In this document: positions 16,537 to 25,361 of the stretch, piece after piece
How the letters are laid out: each line of letters begins with the position of its first letter
How positions within the stretch are numbered: the stretch's first letter is position 1
Origin: a virus
Lineage: Duplodnaviria > Caudoviricetes
DNA length: 38,438 nt
IMG/VR virus record: IMGVR_UViG_3300049138_000079
Span: 1 to 38,438 of that record
Strand: one strand, 5' to 3'
Notes under the pieces: generated by a model
What the model saw: the letters and a program-made list of their open reading frames with translations, nothing else
Told to the model about the DNA's origin: nothing
The model's database searches: none
Position numbers and translations under genes: made by a program

Positions 16537-18487
16537 CGTCGTCCTCCACGCTGATCTCCAGTTCGCACTGGCATCCGGCCACCTCATCGACAGACAGGGC
16601 GGGGTCAGCGGGCCACTCCGCGCCGTTCGAGAATCGGGCTTCCAGTTCCACGGTTTGGCCGTTCATCGCCAGATGCGTCGGCCGCGGGTTGTTCGAGGTG
16701 ACCAGCCACGTCTTCGTCGCCCGCCGGCCGGTGTGCTTCACCGCCTCCTGGCTGCCGAAGCCGGACGCCCGGGTGACGGCGGTCGTCGCGATCTCCCCGG
16801 CCCGCTGGTCCCGGGCCCGCATAAACACTGCGGCAACCTCGGGGCCGGGGTCGTTCGCGTCTAGGGCGCGTTCAAGCTGGGTGCGGGTGACCTCGTTGAT
16901 CGCGTGCGCTGACCGCTCCGCGACCGTCCGCTGGAACGCCATCGTCCGCGGCTCGTCGTACTCTGCCGGATCCAGCCCGAGCGCCGACAGGATCGCCTGC
17001 GCAACCGCCTTCGCCGCGGACAGCGCCAACGTCAACAGATCGGCGGCTAGTTCCCGGTCCCATCGGTCGGCGTCCCACGCATCCCCGAGCGCAGCTTTAC
17101 CGCGGGCCTTGCTGGCACCCAGCCGGGACTGGACGGCAGCGGACTGCCGGGCGAAGAACGCCTTCATCGTCTGCTCGCCGGACGCATCGAGCGCCGCCGG
17201 AGCACGGCCTTTCACCCGCGCCCGGTACGCCTTCACCCGGCGAATCGGGAGCGCCTTCGGCGGTGCGGTGTCCTGCGGGCTGGCCAAGCCGCCTTCGAGG
17301 ACGTTCAGCGGCACGATCAGCTCGTCGCCACCGGGGACGCTGGGCAGGTTCGACAGTGCCCGTCCCTCGTTGCGGGTCATCCACGGCGCCCCGACTGCGG
17401 CTTGTAGCTGCTGGGCCTGTTCCTCGAACGAGCCTTGCAGCTTCTCCCGCATGTTGAACTCGACATAAACCCTGGCGTTGTCGGGTAGGTCCGGGATGAG
17501 TTGTAGCCCGATCTCCTGTTCGATTTCGGCACACCACGGCCCCAACGTGTCCTGGTACAGGGCTTTGTGCTGTTCTTTGATGTTGGAGAACGTCGCGTGG
17601 TCGAGGATCCCAACCAGCGGCGGGGCGATGTGGTACGCCGACGCCGCTTCCTCCCGGGTCAGCTTCCGCGACTCGACGTACTGCGCTTCCCGCGGGTTGA
17701 TCGACGCGGGGACGAAGTGCATGCCGTCTTCGAGGATCGGCGTCCCGCCGGCCTGCGGTCCGTCGCCGGTGTACTGCGACTGCCAGTCAGCCTTGAACCC
17801 GTCCTTCGCCGGCCCGGACCACGGCGGCGCTTCCAGCGGGCGTTCCAGGTAGCCGGACGCCCGGGCGCCGTTGGACCACATCTGCTCACGCCACTGCGCA
17901 GCCGCGTACTCCTCCGCCAACACCTGACGTAAGGCTTCGATCGGCGGCGATCCAACACGGGAGTCGGTCGGGTTGTAGCCGCGGAAGTGCACCACTTCGG
18001 TACGGTCCAGGGTCAAGTCGCCGCGGGAGCCGTGGATGCGGTAGCCCTCCGGGTCGGTCCAGTCCGGGCCCAATGCCTCAACCCGCCACGGCGCGATCCG
18101 GCGCAGCCCGATCGGGTCGCCGGCGGTGGCACGCAGCTTCACCCAGTACGCGTCGTCGTAGATCGCCACATCCGACACGAGCGCCCGAACCAGCCGGAAC
18201 GCGGTGGTGGTCGGGTTCGGTTCCGACAGCAGCCGCGCCACCGGATGGTCGATGAGCCGCTGCCGGTCAGTGTCCGACACCCGCCGGTACGCGTGCAACC
18301 CGAGCTGGGCGAGGTTCCGGGCGAGGAAGCTGACGACGGTGCGGACGGCCGGCTGGGTCCGGTAGATCGCCCCGTACGTCAGCATGTGGTACCGCGACAC
18401 CACGGCCGTGTAGCTGGGCATCGTCGATACGAGCGGACGGGACGGCTCCAGCCGCGCCAACTGCCCGTTGGAGACCACGAACGCCAT
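16526..18487 (-). CDS. Portal protein fused to a C-terminal MuF-like (head morphogenesis) domain
   Basis: HK97 portal motifs (VVHFRGYNP, ILEDGM, TFSNI, MTRNEGR, GGDEL) followed by KTW..RPTH..MNGQ..WPADP..GCQC. Confidence 0.9.
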   Translation of the reverse strand: MAFVVSNGQLARLEPSRPLVSTMPSYTAVVSRYHMLTYGAIYRTQPAVRTVVSFLARNLAQLGLHAYRRVSDTDRQRLIDHPVARLLSEPNPTTTAFRLVRALVSDVAIYDDAYWVKLRATAGDPIGLRRIAPWRVEALGPDWTDPEGYRIHGSRGDLTLDRTEVVHFRGYNPTDSRVGSPPIEALRQVLAEEYAAAQWREQMWSNGARASGYLERPLEAPPWSGPAKDGFKADWQSQYTGDGPQAGGTPILEDGMHFVPASINPREAQYVESRKLTREEAASAYHIAPPLVGILDHATFSNIKEQHKALYQDTLGPWCAEIEQEIGLQLIPDLPDNARVYVEFNMREKLQGSFEEQAQQLQAAVGAPWMTRNEGRALSNLPSVPGGDELIVPLNVLEGGLASPQDTAPPKALPIRRVKAYRARVKGRAPAALDASGEQTMKAFFARQSAAVQSRLGASKARGKAALGDAWDADRWDRELAADLLTLALSAAKAVAQAILSALGLDPAEYDEPRTMAFQRTVAERSAHAINEVTRTQLERALDANDPGPEVAAVFMRARDQRAGEIATTAVTRASGFGSQEAVKHTGRRATKTWLVTSNNPRPTHLAMNGQTVELEARFSNGAEWPADPALSVDEVAGCQCELEISVEDDDED

Positions 18488-18687
18488 CAGCTCACCACCT
18501 GGATCCAGTCGATCCGGTGGCGAGGAATGATCGTCCGGCCGTCGATCGGCACCGACTGCCCGTCCCGGTGGGTGACATGCGCGGCCGAGACGACGACCTG
18601 CCACGGCCACGACAGCCGACGGTCGCCGACGATCGCCCGCCCGTCGACGAGGTTGACGACGACCTTCCGGCGGCGCACGGTGATCAC
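18487..18687 (-). CDS. Small hypothetical protein (Sm-like beta pattern) between terL and portal
   Basis: GGAGG RBS; VVVNLVDGRAIVG...IDGRTIIPRHRIDWIQV; coupled to the portal gene. Confidence 0.7.
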   Translation of the reverse strand: MITVRRRKVVVNLVDGRAIVGDRRLSWPWQVVVSAAHVTHRDGQSVPIDGRTIIPRHRIDWIQVVS

Positions 18688-18701
18688 AGCACCTCCATGG
18701 G

Positions 18702-20444
18702 TCAGACGACCATCAGGCCGGCGCCGGACTCGTACGCGGACACGCGGACCTTGGGACGGTTGATCGCCCGATCGAGTGCCATCACAGCGGCCACAAAGCC
18801 GTCGATCTTGTCGCCGGCTTTCGACTTGTCCGGCTTCAAGTTCCCGGCCGGATCCATCGACACGGCCAGGTTGTCAACACACCAACGGGTGATCGGGTTA
18901 CCGCCGTGCCGATACATCCCGGACCGCAACAGCCGCAGGATTTCCTTCGTCGGCGGGGACATGGACACGTAGCCCTGCCGCATCTGCGTCATCGTCGCGC
19001 CGTCGTCTGTCAGGTTGTTCACCAACTGGGTCGAGTTCCACGGGTCGTACGCGATCTCCCGCACGTCGAACCGCTCCCGGTCGGCGTTGATGTCCGCCCG
19101 CAGGAAGTCGTAATCCGCCACGTCGCCGGGGGTGGTCTGTAGCCAGCCCTGCCGAACCCAGACGGTTGCCATACCCGCGGCGCGTTCGTCGAGCCGGCGG
19201 ATGTTGTCCTCCGGCGTCCAGTACCGCCAGATGGTGTCGTACGACCCGTCGGCGGCGGGGAACGTCCACGCCAACGCCAGCAGGTCCGAGGTTGCGGCGA
19301 GGTCAAGTCCGCCGTACGCGGGCTTGCCGTGGAATGCGGCCACGTCGACGACGGTGGCGTTCTTCGGCCGATCCCACACCGGCATCTCGATGTACTTCTC
19401 GGCCTGCTTGGTCCGGATCCCAAGGTGCAGCCGCAGGTAGCTGGCGAGGTCGGCGGGCGAGTTCTGGGCCCGCTTCGCCGCTCGGTCCAGGTACTCCCGC
19501 GTCGGCGAGATCCCGTAGCCCGGGTTCGCCTTCCGCTGGGTGGTTTCGGCGAACGGGTCGTCGTTAGGGTCTGCGCACCAGACGACGCCGTACGTCGACG
19601 AGTCCTTGATGACCTTCCGGGCGAGCTGTTCGACGTACTTCCGCTTCCGGGCGTAGATGGTGTCCATCCGGCCGTCGTCAGCGGTGGTGATGATGGCGAC
19701 CAGCGGTTGCAGCCGCGACCCGGTGCCGGTCTCTACGGTCTCGACCAGGTCGGGCTTCTTGTGTACGTGCAGCTCGTCTATGACAGCCCCGTGCACGTTC
19801 GCGCCGTGCATCAGATCCGCGACCGAACTGACGACTTGGAAGAACGACCCGGACCGCTTGTGGACGATCTTGTCGGCGAGACACTTGACGTTCGGGCCCA
19901 CCGCCGGGGACTTCTCCGCGATCGCCTTCACCGGGTCGAACGTCTTCCGCGCCTGATCCTTACCGGCGGCGAGCGCGTACACCTCGGCGCCATCTTCCCC
20001 GTCCGCGCAGGTCAGGTACATCGCCAACCCGCCGGCAAGGGTGGTCTTGCCGTTCCGTCGCGGAATGTCGACGTACAGGTTCGAGATGATCCGCGCCCAA
20101 TGCCCGGACGACTCCCGCACCCACCCAAACACCGGGGCGATCACATACGCGACCTGCCACGGGTCCGGCACCAGCGGACGGCCGGCGAACTGCGAACCCT
20201 TCGTGTGCTTCAGGTGCCGCATCGCCCCGATGACCCGGTCGACCCGCTCCGGATCGAACCGGGCACCCTTCAGACTCCGCGGTTCTGGGGTCTTCCACCG
20301 TGGCGGGCAGTCCGGCAACGGGATCCCCCGCGACAGGAGATACCACGCCACTTCGGGGCTGAGCTTGAGCCGGTCGAGTTCCGCCTTCGGGGGAAGCGTC
20401 GGCCCGGCGGGCTTACGCGTACGGGTTCGAGTCGTCCCCGTCAT
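18702..20444 (-). CDS. terL: Terminase large subunit
   Basis: Walker A PRRNGKTT, Walker B VIDELH, ITTA, ANPG, nuclease motifs GGLDLA, AYDPWN and KIDG. Confidence 0.96.
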   Translation of the reverse strand: MTGTTRTRTRKPAGPTLPPKAELDRLKLSPEVAWYLLSRGIPLPDCPPRWKTPEPRSLKGARFDPERVDRVIGAMRHLKHTKGSQFAGRPLVPDPWQVAYVIAPVFGWVRESSGHWARIISNLYVDIPRRNGKTTLAGGLAMYLTCADGEDGAEVYALAAGKDQARKTFDPVKAIAEKSPAVGPNVKCLADKIVHKRSGSFFQVVSSVADLMHGANVHGAVIDELHVHKKPDLVETVETGTGSRLQPLVAIITTADDGRMDTIYARKRKYVEQLARKVIKDSSTYGVVWCADPNDDPFAETTQRKANPGYGISPTREYLDRAAKRAQNSPADLASYLRLHLGIRTKQAEKYIEMPVWDRPKNATVVDVAAFHGKPAYGGLDLAATSDLLALAWTFPAADGSYDTIWRYWTPEDNIRRLDERAAGMATVWVRQGWLQTTPGDVADYDFLRADINADRERFDVREIAYDPWNSTQLVNNLTDDGATMTQMRQGYVSMSPPTKEILRLLRSGMYRHGGNPITRWCVDNLAVSMDPAGNLKPDKSKAGDKIDGFVAAVMALDRAINRPKVRVSAYESGAGLMVV

Positions 20445-20907
20445 CGCTCGACCCCTTTGAGACCTTGTTCTCCGCCGCGGGCGTCAGCCCGAACTCTGAA
20501 CACCACGCCCGGATCGCAGCCTGCGCATTCCGCTGCACGGCCACGGCCGGGTTGGCGGTGTACCAGGTCGACTCGGTGCCGTCCTTCTTCACCGACTTGT
20601 TCTCCACCACCAAGCCGCGGTCGTGGACATCTTCGGTGGCGCGGACGAACGTCTCGTACATCTCGCAGTACGACGCGAGCGCGGCGGCGTCGACCTCCTT
20701 GACGAGATCGAGCCGGGACAGCTCCGGAACAACCCGATCCCACTCGGCCCGGGCCAGTTCGCCCAACCACTCCGGCGGATTCGGCGGCAGCCGTTTGAAC
20801 GCCGGCGGTGTCTTCACCGGACGGCCGCCCGAATCCGTGCCCGGCGAGCGGCCGGTTACCAGCCGGAGAGCCGGAGCGGCAGGGGTACGACCCGCGTTAG
20901 CGGCCAC
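20413..20907 (-). CDS. terS: Terminase small subunit (P27 family)
   Basis: PPEWL..ARAEW, LASYC, NPAV and EFGLTPAA motifs. Confidence 0.92.
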   Translation of the reverse strand: MAANAGRTPAAPALRLVTGRSPGTDSGGRPVKTPPAFKRLPPNPPEWLGELARAEWDRVVPELSRLDLVKEVDAAALASYCEMYETFVRATEDVHDRGLVVENKSVKKDGTESTWYTANPAVAVQRNAQAAIRAWCSEFGLTPAAENKVSKGSSDDGDDSNPYA

Positions 20908-21010
20908 GCACAGTCACCCCCCATTGATCAATTGTGAGATCCCACGCGCTTCACCACCCGCGCGGTCTCCGTCATGCCGGGCGGGAGCGATTCCGACTCC
21001 CCTTCCCCCA
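20908..21010. other. Likely cos/packaging-initiation region
   Basis: Lies between the HNH end and terS, where cos phages of this architecture place cos. Minus strand reads GGGGAAGGGG...GAGACCGCGCGGGTG. Exact overhang cannot be determined. Confidence 0.45.
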
Positions 21011-21352
21011 ACCGGACTGATCCACGGCCGTGCGACGACTGTGGTGTGCGTGAGCCATTGGTCGCCAGTTGGTCGGGTCGTACCCTCGTGGGCCCAGGGG
21101 TCCCTGCCCGTCCACGTGGTCGGTGTCGGTGGCGAGTCGTCGCTGATCCTCGGGTAGCTGCTTGCACTGGTCGCATTCGCACAGCGGGTTGTCGGCCAGG
21201 TATGCGCGGCTGGCGCGTTGCCATCGTCTGCCGTACCCCCGCTTTGCTGCGGAGGGGCGGCCTTGTTCCCGGGCTGCGGTGCAGGTGGGGCAGCGGCCGG
21301 GTGGGATGGCTTGTCGGCAGCCGGAACAGACGCGGGACGTCCGGGTGGGCAT
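20972..21352 (-). CDS. Packaging-associated HNH endonuclease (HK97 gp74-like)
   Basis: RGYGRRWQR..YLADNPLC, ATDTDHVD, NWRPMAHAHHSRRT; adjacent to terS. Confidence 0.85.
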   Translation of the reverse strand: MPTRTSRVCSGCRQAIPPGRCPTCTAAREQGRPSAAKRGYGRRWQRASRAYLADNPLCECDQCKQLPEDQRRLATDTDHVDGQGPLGPRGYDPTNWRPMAHAHHSRRTAVDQSGWGKGSRNRSRPA

Positions 21353-21446
21353 GATGCTCACCCCCGGATGGGTGATCTCGTGGGAGCGTGGCGTGTGATC
21401 AGACTCGGGAATGGCTACGCAACGACGCGGACCCTACCGCTCCCGA

Positions 21447-21542
21447 ATGCTCCAACCTCGAACCGCCGGGCTGATCCTGTTGCTGGTGCTTCTCAGCGCA
21501 GTACTGCTGTCATCCGTCGTGACTGCGCTGTGCGGCTGCTGA
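21447..21542 (+). CDS. 31-aa hydrophobic single-TM peptide (MLQPRTAGLILLLVLLSAVLLSSVVTALCGC)
   Basis: ATG..TGA read directly; long hydrophobic stretch; followed by a hairpin. Confidence 0.45.
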   Translation: MLQPRTAGLILLLVLLSAVLLSSVVTALCGC

Positions 21543-21557
21543 GTTCGGGTAGCAGAA

Positions 21558-21583
21558 CGCCCCGGCCGTGTAGGTCCGGGGCG
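21558..21583. terminator. Terminator-like hairpin in the putative late leader
   Basis: CGCCCCGG...CCGGGGCG stem followed by TTCT on the minus strand. Confidence 0.6.
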
Positions 21584-21629
21584 AAAGCTGGGACGCCGAC
21601 CAGTTGACAGTACGGCGATCGTGATCAGT

Positions 21630-21857
21630 TCAGCACGCAACCGCGTCAACGTCAAGTTGACTCGCCGCGAGTAGATCCGCCCGCGCCCACAAGGTGACGG
21701 TGGAACGGCCGATGCGCATCCGGCGGACCGGTTCGATACCCCGCTCCCGAGCCCAGCGGACGAACGAACGCGCGTCGACGCCGGCCAGGAACGCGGCTTC
21801 GGTGGTGGTGAACGTCGCGCGCCTCACGGCCGCCTGTCCTCCGAGTGCATTGACCAC
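21630..21857 (-). CDS. Excisionase/MerR-like winged HTH protein
   Basis: FTTTEAAFLAGVDARSFVRWARERGI...LWARADL; last gene of the early operon. Confidence 0.7.
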   Translation of the reverse strand: MVNALGGQAAVRRATFTTTEAAFLAGVDARSFVRWARERGIEPVRRMRIGRSTVTLWARADLLAASQLDVDAVAC

Positions 21858-22039
21858 CCCACGCTGCTCCACTCCTCTACGGTGACCCGGCCGGTGTCCG
21901 CCCGGGACTTCGCTGCGGCAACCTCCACGTCACGCGACGCGTCGTCAGCGTGCACGGTTTGGATGGCCATCTCGCCCGGAACCTTCGGCGCCTTGGCGTC
22001 GCTGCCGTAGTAGCAGGTGACGCGCCACTTCTCGATCAT
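21824..22039 (-). CDS. Hypothetical protein
   Basis: AAGGAG RBS, ATGA coupling; begins MIEKWRVTCYY. Confidence 0.55.
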   Translation of the reverse strand: MIEKWRVTCYYGSDAKAPKVPGEMAIQTVHADDASRDVEVAAAKSRADTGRVTVEEWSSVGWSMHSEDRRP

Positions 22040-22326
22040 GCTGCTGCTCCTTCGTCTCCACCTGCCGGGCGGTAGCGCACGATCGGAGTCGGCTCCGGGG
22101 TCGATTCGGGATCCCTGGTAGTGCCGCCACCTATCCAGTCGTACTCCGTGCCCTCCGACGGCGGGCCGGGGCATTCCTGGTCCCAGCCCTCGGGCCAACA
22201 GAACTCGCAGAAGAAGAACCCGCAAACGGTGCATCGGGGGCCGTTGTGCCCCATCGTTTCGCCTTCGACGTCGAAGGCGAACTCGTCGGGCCGGCCCTTG
22301 TCGTCGGTCTGCCACGTGTGCTTCAT
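22036..22326 (-). CDS. Hypothetical Cys-rich protein
   Basis: HNGPRCTVCGFFFCEFC; ATGA coupling. Confidence 0.65.
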   Translation of the reverse strand: MKHTWQTDDKGRPDEFAFDVEGETMGHNGPRCTVCGFFFCEFCWPEGWDQECPGPPSEGTEYDWIGGGTTRDPESTPEPTPIVRYRPAGGDEGAAA

Positions 22327-23015
22327 GCCGCCACCCCTCCGTCGTCTCGTACATCATCCTGCGCGGCCGCGAGTTGGAGCCACTGACGGCGGGCCCACGA
22401 CACACCACAGCGGGGACATGCGATCTGATCCAGGTACGGGTCGGCGTAAAGACGGGTTTGACAGCGCGACTCGTCGCGCAGCTTCGCTGGACACTTACCG
22501 ATGTACTCACCGGTGCGCTGCGGCTCGGTCACGCCCCGAATCGCGCGGAGGGTGTCGCGGACCTCGCGGGCGAAGTCGTCGACGGCGGGGTGTTCGTCGA
22601 GTGCCCAGTCGAGCCGGGCCAGCAGCCAACCGGTGAGAGTCGAGATGGTCGGGACGGGTTGGTGTTCGGATCGCTGGCGGACGTCGATCCAGTCCGCGAC
22701 CCACTGGTCGAGGACGACGAGTGGCGGGATGGGCCCGTGCTGGTCGGACGGGTCGCCGTGGACCGTGCCGGTCGCGCCGACTAGCAGGTTGAGGGCGTCG
22801 AGACGGACCGGGATCGGCGCCGTCCTCGTCCCGGAGACCTTCACGCCGGTACCGGTGCCGGGCTCCAAGCTGGCGGGGATGAGGGCGTACGCGTCGGGGA
22901 TCTCCGACAGCTCCGACTTGACCCGCTCGCGGCAGCCGGAGCAGACCGGGGCGAAGTCCGGGAGACGCGGACGGCCGGCGGGACGGTAGACGGGGCACAC
23001 CACACACAGAGTCAC
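22323..23015 (-). CDS. Zinc-ribbon phage protein at the end of the early operon (candidate late regulator)
   Basis: CVVC, CSGC, IGKCP..C and CPRCG..W motifs; WL..RLDWA..HP..DDF helix region; position before the late region. Confidence 0.7.
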   Translation of the reverse strand: MTLCVVCPVYRPAGRPRLPDFAPVCSGCRERVKSELSEIPDAYALIPASLEPGTGTGVKVSGTRTAPIPVRLDALNLLVGATGTVHGDPSDQHGPIPPLVVLDQWVADWIDVRQRSEHQPVPTISTLTGWLLARLDWALDEHPAVDDFAREVRDTLRAIRGVTEPQRTGEYIGKCPAKLRDESRCQTRLYADPYLDQIACPRCGVSWARRQWLQLAAAQDDVRDDGGVAA

Positions 23016-23161
23016 TGCCGGCCACCTGCTTTCGTTACAGTTTCGGATGCTTCGCCGGGAACGGTTTCGGTGTCGACCCGGGGTTGAAGATCATCACCGC
23101 TCGGCTGCTCGTCACACTCCGTCGACAATCGGATCTCTCGGAGCGGAATCCAGTCCCTCAT
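23012..23161 (-). CDS. Small hypothetical protein
   Basis: ATGA and GTGA coupling on both ends; 49 aa. Confidence 0.4.
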   Translation of the reverse strand: MRDWIPLREIRLSTECDEQPSGDDLQPRVDTETVPGEASETVTKAGGRQ

Positions 23162-23373
23162 CCCAGTACCGCCGCCACCGTCATCAACGAGAACGCCAGA
23201 ATCCAAAGAGCCAGCGCCACCCACTGGAGCCGGACCGCCTGCTCCGACAGCTCCCGCGCCCGAACAGCCAGCACGCGTGCCCGCTTCCACTGCCATCGAG
23301 ACACCCGACGGTGGTAGCGGAAACACTGCTCGGCGGTGAGACCCCAGTAGCGGCAGTCCTCGTGCCCGCTCAT
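23158..23373 (-). CDS. Small membrane protein
   Basis: C-terminal TM segment; coupled. Confidence 0.55.
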   Translation of the reverse strand: MSGHEDCRYWGLTAEQCFRYHRRVSRWQWKRARVLAVRARELSEQAVRLQWVALALWILAFSLMTVAAVLG

Positions 23374-23540
23374 CGGGCCGGCTCCGGCACGATCTCGCCC
23401 AACTCAACCGCTTCCGCCAGAGCTTCCGCGTCGAACTTCGCCCGCTCCACTGCGGCGAGCTCCGGCGGCATCCACCGCATCGCTTTCGGCGAGAAGTCCG
23501 ACGGCACCCAACCGTCCAAGGTGTCGATCACGTGCTGCAT
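23370..23540 (-). CDS. Small hypothetical protein
   Basis: GGAGGG RBS; TGATG/ATGA coupling. Confidence 0.55.
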   Translation of the reverse strand: MQHVIDTLDGWVPSDFSPKAMRWMPPELAAVERAKFDAEALAEAVELGEIVPEPAR

Positions 23541-23929
23541 CAGCCCTCCCCGTGGACGCCGCAGCGAGGATCGCGGCCCTTGACCGTGCGCGGCTCCGCC
23601 TCGCCGAAGGACTGGACGTCCAGCTCGGGGCAGATGCACGCGGCGGCGCGGATCAGATTGATGCAGTGCCCGGCCACCCGATCGGCGAGATCCCGCTCCG
23701 CCTCGTCGGAGATCAGCACCTTGATGGCCGCCCGGTGGTCCTCCACCCGTTGGACGGCGGACAGGATCAGCCTGCGGGTCTGCTCAACCCGGTCGGCTTC
23801 CACCTCTCGCTGCGCGGCGGTGACCGCGTCAATCAGGTGCGCCTCGAACTTGGCGACGCAGCAAGCCGCCGGCTCGCGGCACTCGCTCGGCTCGTCGCCC
23901 TCTCGATGCCAGTGCAACAGGTCGCTCAC
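23540..23929 (-). CDS. Hypothetical protein with CICP...DPRCGVHG motif
   Basis: AAGGAG RBS, GTGA coupling. Confidence 0.6.
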   Translation of the reverse strand: MSDLLHWHREGDEPSECREPAACCVAKFEAHLIDAVTAAQREVEADRVEQTRRLILSAVQRVEDHRAAIKVLISDEAERDLADRVAGHCINLIRAAACICPELDVQSFGEAEPRTVKGRDPRCGVHGEG

Positions 23930-24114
23930 GGGGTGTCTCCTTCGCAGTCGTAGTCGTGGACCAGCCCCATCCGCTGACCGCCCTGCCACCGGTACGGCTG
24001 ACCCTTGAAGATGCCGAGCCGGCAGTTCGAGCACGTCGACAGACGGTTGTTGGGGTCGGAGGTGTTCGACCGCTTCCCCGGCAAGCTCGCGACCGGACGA
24101 ACCCGCGTACTCAC
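23926..24114 (-). CDS. Small hypothetical protein (CxxC...HxxxC)
   Basis: GTGA coupling at both ends. Confidence 0.55.
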   Translation of the reverse strand: MSTRVRPVASLPGKRSNTSDPNNRLSTCSNCRLGIFKGQPYRWQGGQRMGLVHDYDCEGDTP

Positions 24115-24386
24115 GACGACTCCAACCGGTACGCGAGCAGTTCGGCGAAGACGGCACGGCGGTCGTCGTCGCTGCCGAAGATGCCCTGTAGCGAATCGCC
24201 GTGCCGCACGCGGGCTTCATGCGGGTCATCGACGGCAGACTCGGGGCCGATGCCCAACCCGAGGGAGGCGCGGCCGCCCCGGTAGCGGAAGTAGAAGTGC
24301 CGGCCGTCCCGCAGCGTGCCCTCCCACTGCTCCGGACACGCGACGCACGTCATCTCTTCGGTCGCGACGAGCGGGTGAAGCTTCAT
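24111..24386 (-). CDS. Hypothetical phage protein (TCxACPxQW...YFRYRxG)
   Basis: AAGGAG RBS, ATGA coupling; recurring phage small-protein motif. Confidence 0.7.
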   Translation of the reverse strand: MKLHPLVATEEMTCVACPEQWEGTLRDGRHFYFRYRGGRASLGLGIGPESAVDDPHEARVRHGDSLQGIFGSDDDRRAVFAELLAYRLESS

Positions 24387-24775
24387 CGGGGTGTCTCCTT
24401 GGTGGTGGGGACGGGCACCCACGGGCCAACCCGGCGAGACACAACGACGACGTCATCCGCCCCGAGCGGCGGATCGGCAGCGATGGCACGGCAGTTGGCT
24501 TCGGTGGTGATCCCGGCGTACGACTCGTAGACCTTGCCGTTGACGCGGATCGTCCACTGGGTGTCGGTGTCTGGGGGAAGCAACCGAAGGATCTCGCGGC
24601 CTGCGTTGTAGGAGTCGTCCTGCCACGCCTTGACGCATCCGGCGCAAGCGATCACCCAGTCATAGGGCCGCGTCATGCCAGTGCTCACCAGCGGGACGAC
24701 CGCAACGCCTGGGGTGTCTTCCGGGCTGTCGCAGTCGTCGAACTGGCACGGCGGCGCAGGGTTGGGGTCGGTCAC
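24383..24775 (-). CDS. Hypothetical protein
   Basis: GTGA coupling; Cys pairs; VVSRRVGPW C-terminus. Confidence 0.6.
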   Translation of the reverse strand: MTDPNPAPPCQFDDCDSPEDTPGVAVVPLVSTGMTRPYDWVIACAGCVKAWQDDSYNAGREILRLLPPDTDTQWTIRVNGKVYESYAGITTEANCRAIAADPPLGADDVVVVSRRVGPWVPVPTTKETPR

Positions 24776-24936
24776 TGGTCGGCTCCCCGGTATCGGTACG
24801 AGACCCGGTCCCCCTCGCGGATGTGCTTCTCGGCGGCGAGGTCGCCATTCCCGGCGGGTTCGCTGCCGCCGTGGCCGCAGTCGCACTCCCACTGGACCCG
24901 GCCGTCGCTTTCCCACATCTCGATGACGTGCTTCAC
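24772..24936 (-). CDS. Small hypothetical protein (WECDCGH...H)
   Basis: GGAG RBS, GTGA coupling at both ends; 54 aa, not in the ORF track. Confidence 0.55.
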   Translation of the reverse strand: MKHVIEMWESDGRVQWECDCGHGGSEPAGNGDLAAEKHIREGDRVSYRYRGADQ

Positions 24937-25361
24937 CGGTCTGCTCCGTTCTCTGCAACACGAGCAGCCAGCGCGAAGGCCGCGTTCATCATGCGAAGGT
25001 TCTCGTGAGCCGGCTCATCCACGATCTCGGCCCGGATGTCTGCGGCTGCTGCGGTACGACCAGCAGCCACGGCGTCGTCAACGGTCGCCCGAAACGACGG
25101 GCTGGCCGCGCACTCGGCCGGATCCAGCGCGTCGATGCCGGTGGCGATGGTCAGGTACAGGTCGTCCGGGTTGGTCGGCGGGGTACGACCAGCAGCCCGG
25201 CCGTCGACGAAGATGCGGGTAGCGAGCGCCATCATCTGCTCTTCGGTGATCTCGAAGCGCCACTTCCCGCCGGAGATGTACGGCTCGATGCGCAGCTCGG
25301 TGAGTACTCCGGCGACGTACCGGTCGGCGTCGGGGATCGGGTGCTGCTCAGGGGATGTCAT
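24933..25361 (-). CDS. Hypothetical protein
   Basis: ATGA coupling; helical Ala-rich composition. Confidence 0.6.
   Translation of the reverse strand: MTSPEQHPIPDADRYVAGVLTELRIEPYISGGKWRFEITEEQMMALATRIFVDGRAAGRTPPTNPDDLYLTIATGIDALDPAECAASPSFRATVDDAVAAGRTAAAADIRAEIVDEPAHENLRMMNAAFALAARVAENGADR

Noticed and set aside
5282-20702. Large plus-strand ORFs opposite structural genes (e.g. 6725-8251, 9071-10837, 14345-16144, 19329-20702)
   Set aside because: Stop-codon scarcity in high-GC antisense frames; the minus-strand frames carry clear phage motifs.
21362-21629. tRNA gene, or the minus-strand 73-aa ORF, in the pre-packaging gap
   Set aside because: No cloverleaf with T-loop and acceptor stem found by eye; the ORF lacks an RBS and runs through a terminator-like hairpin.
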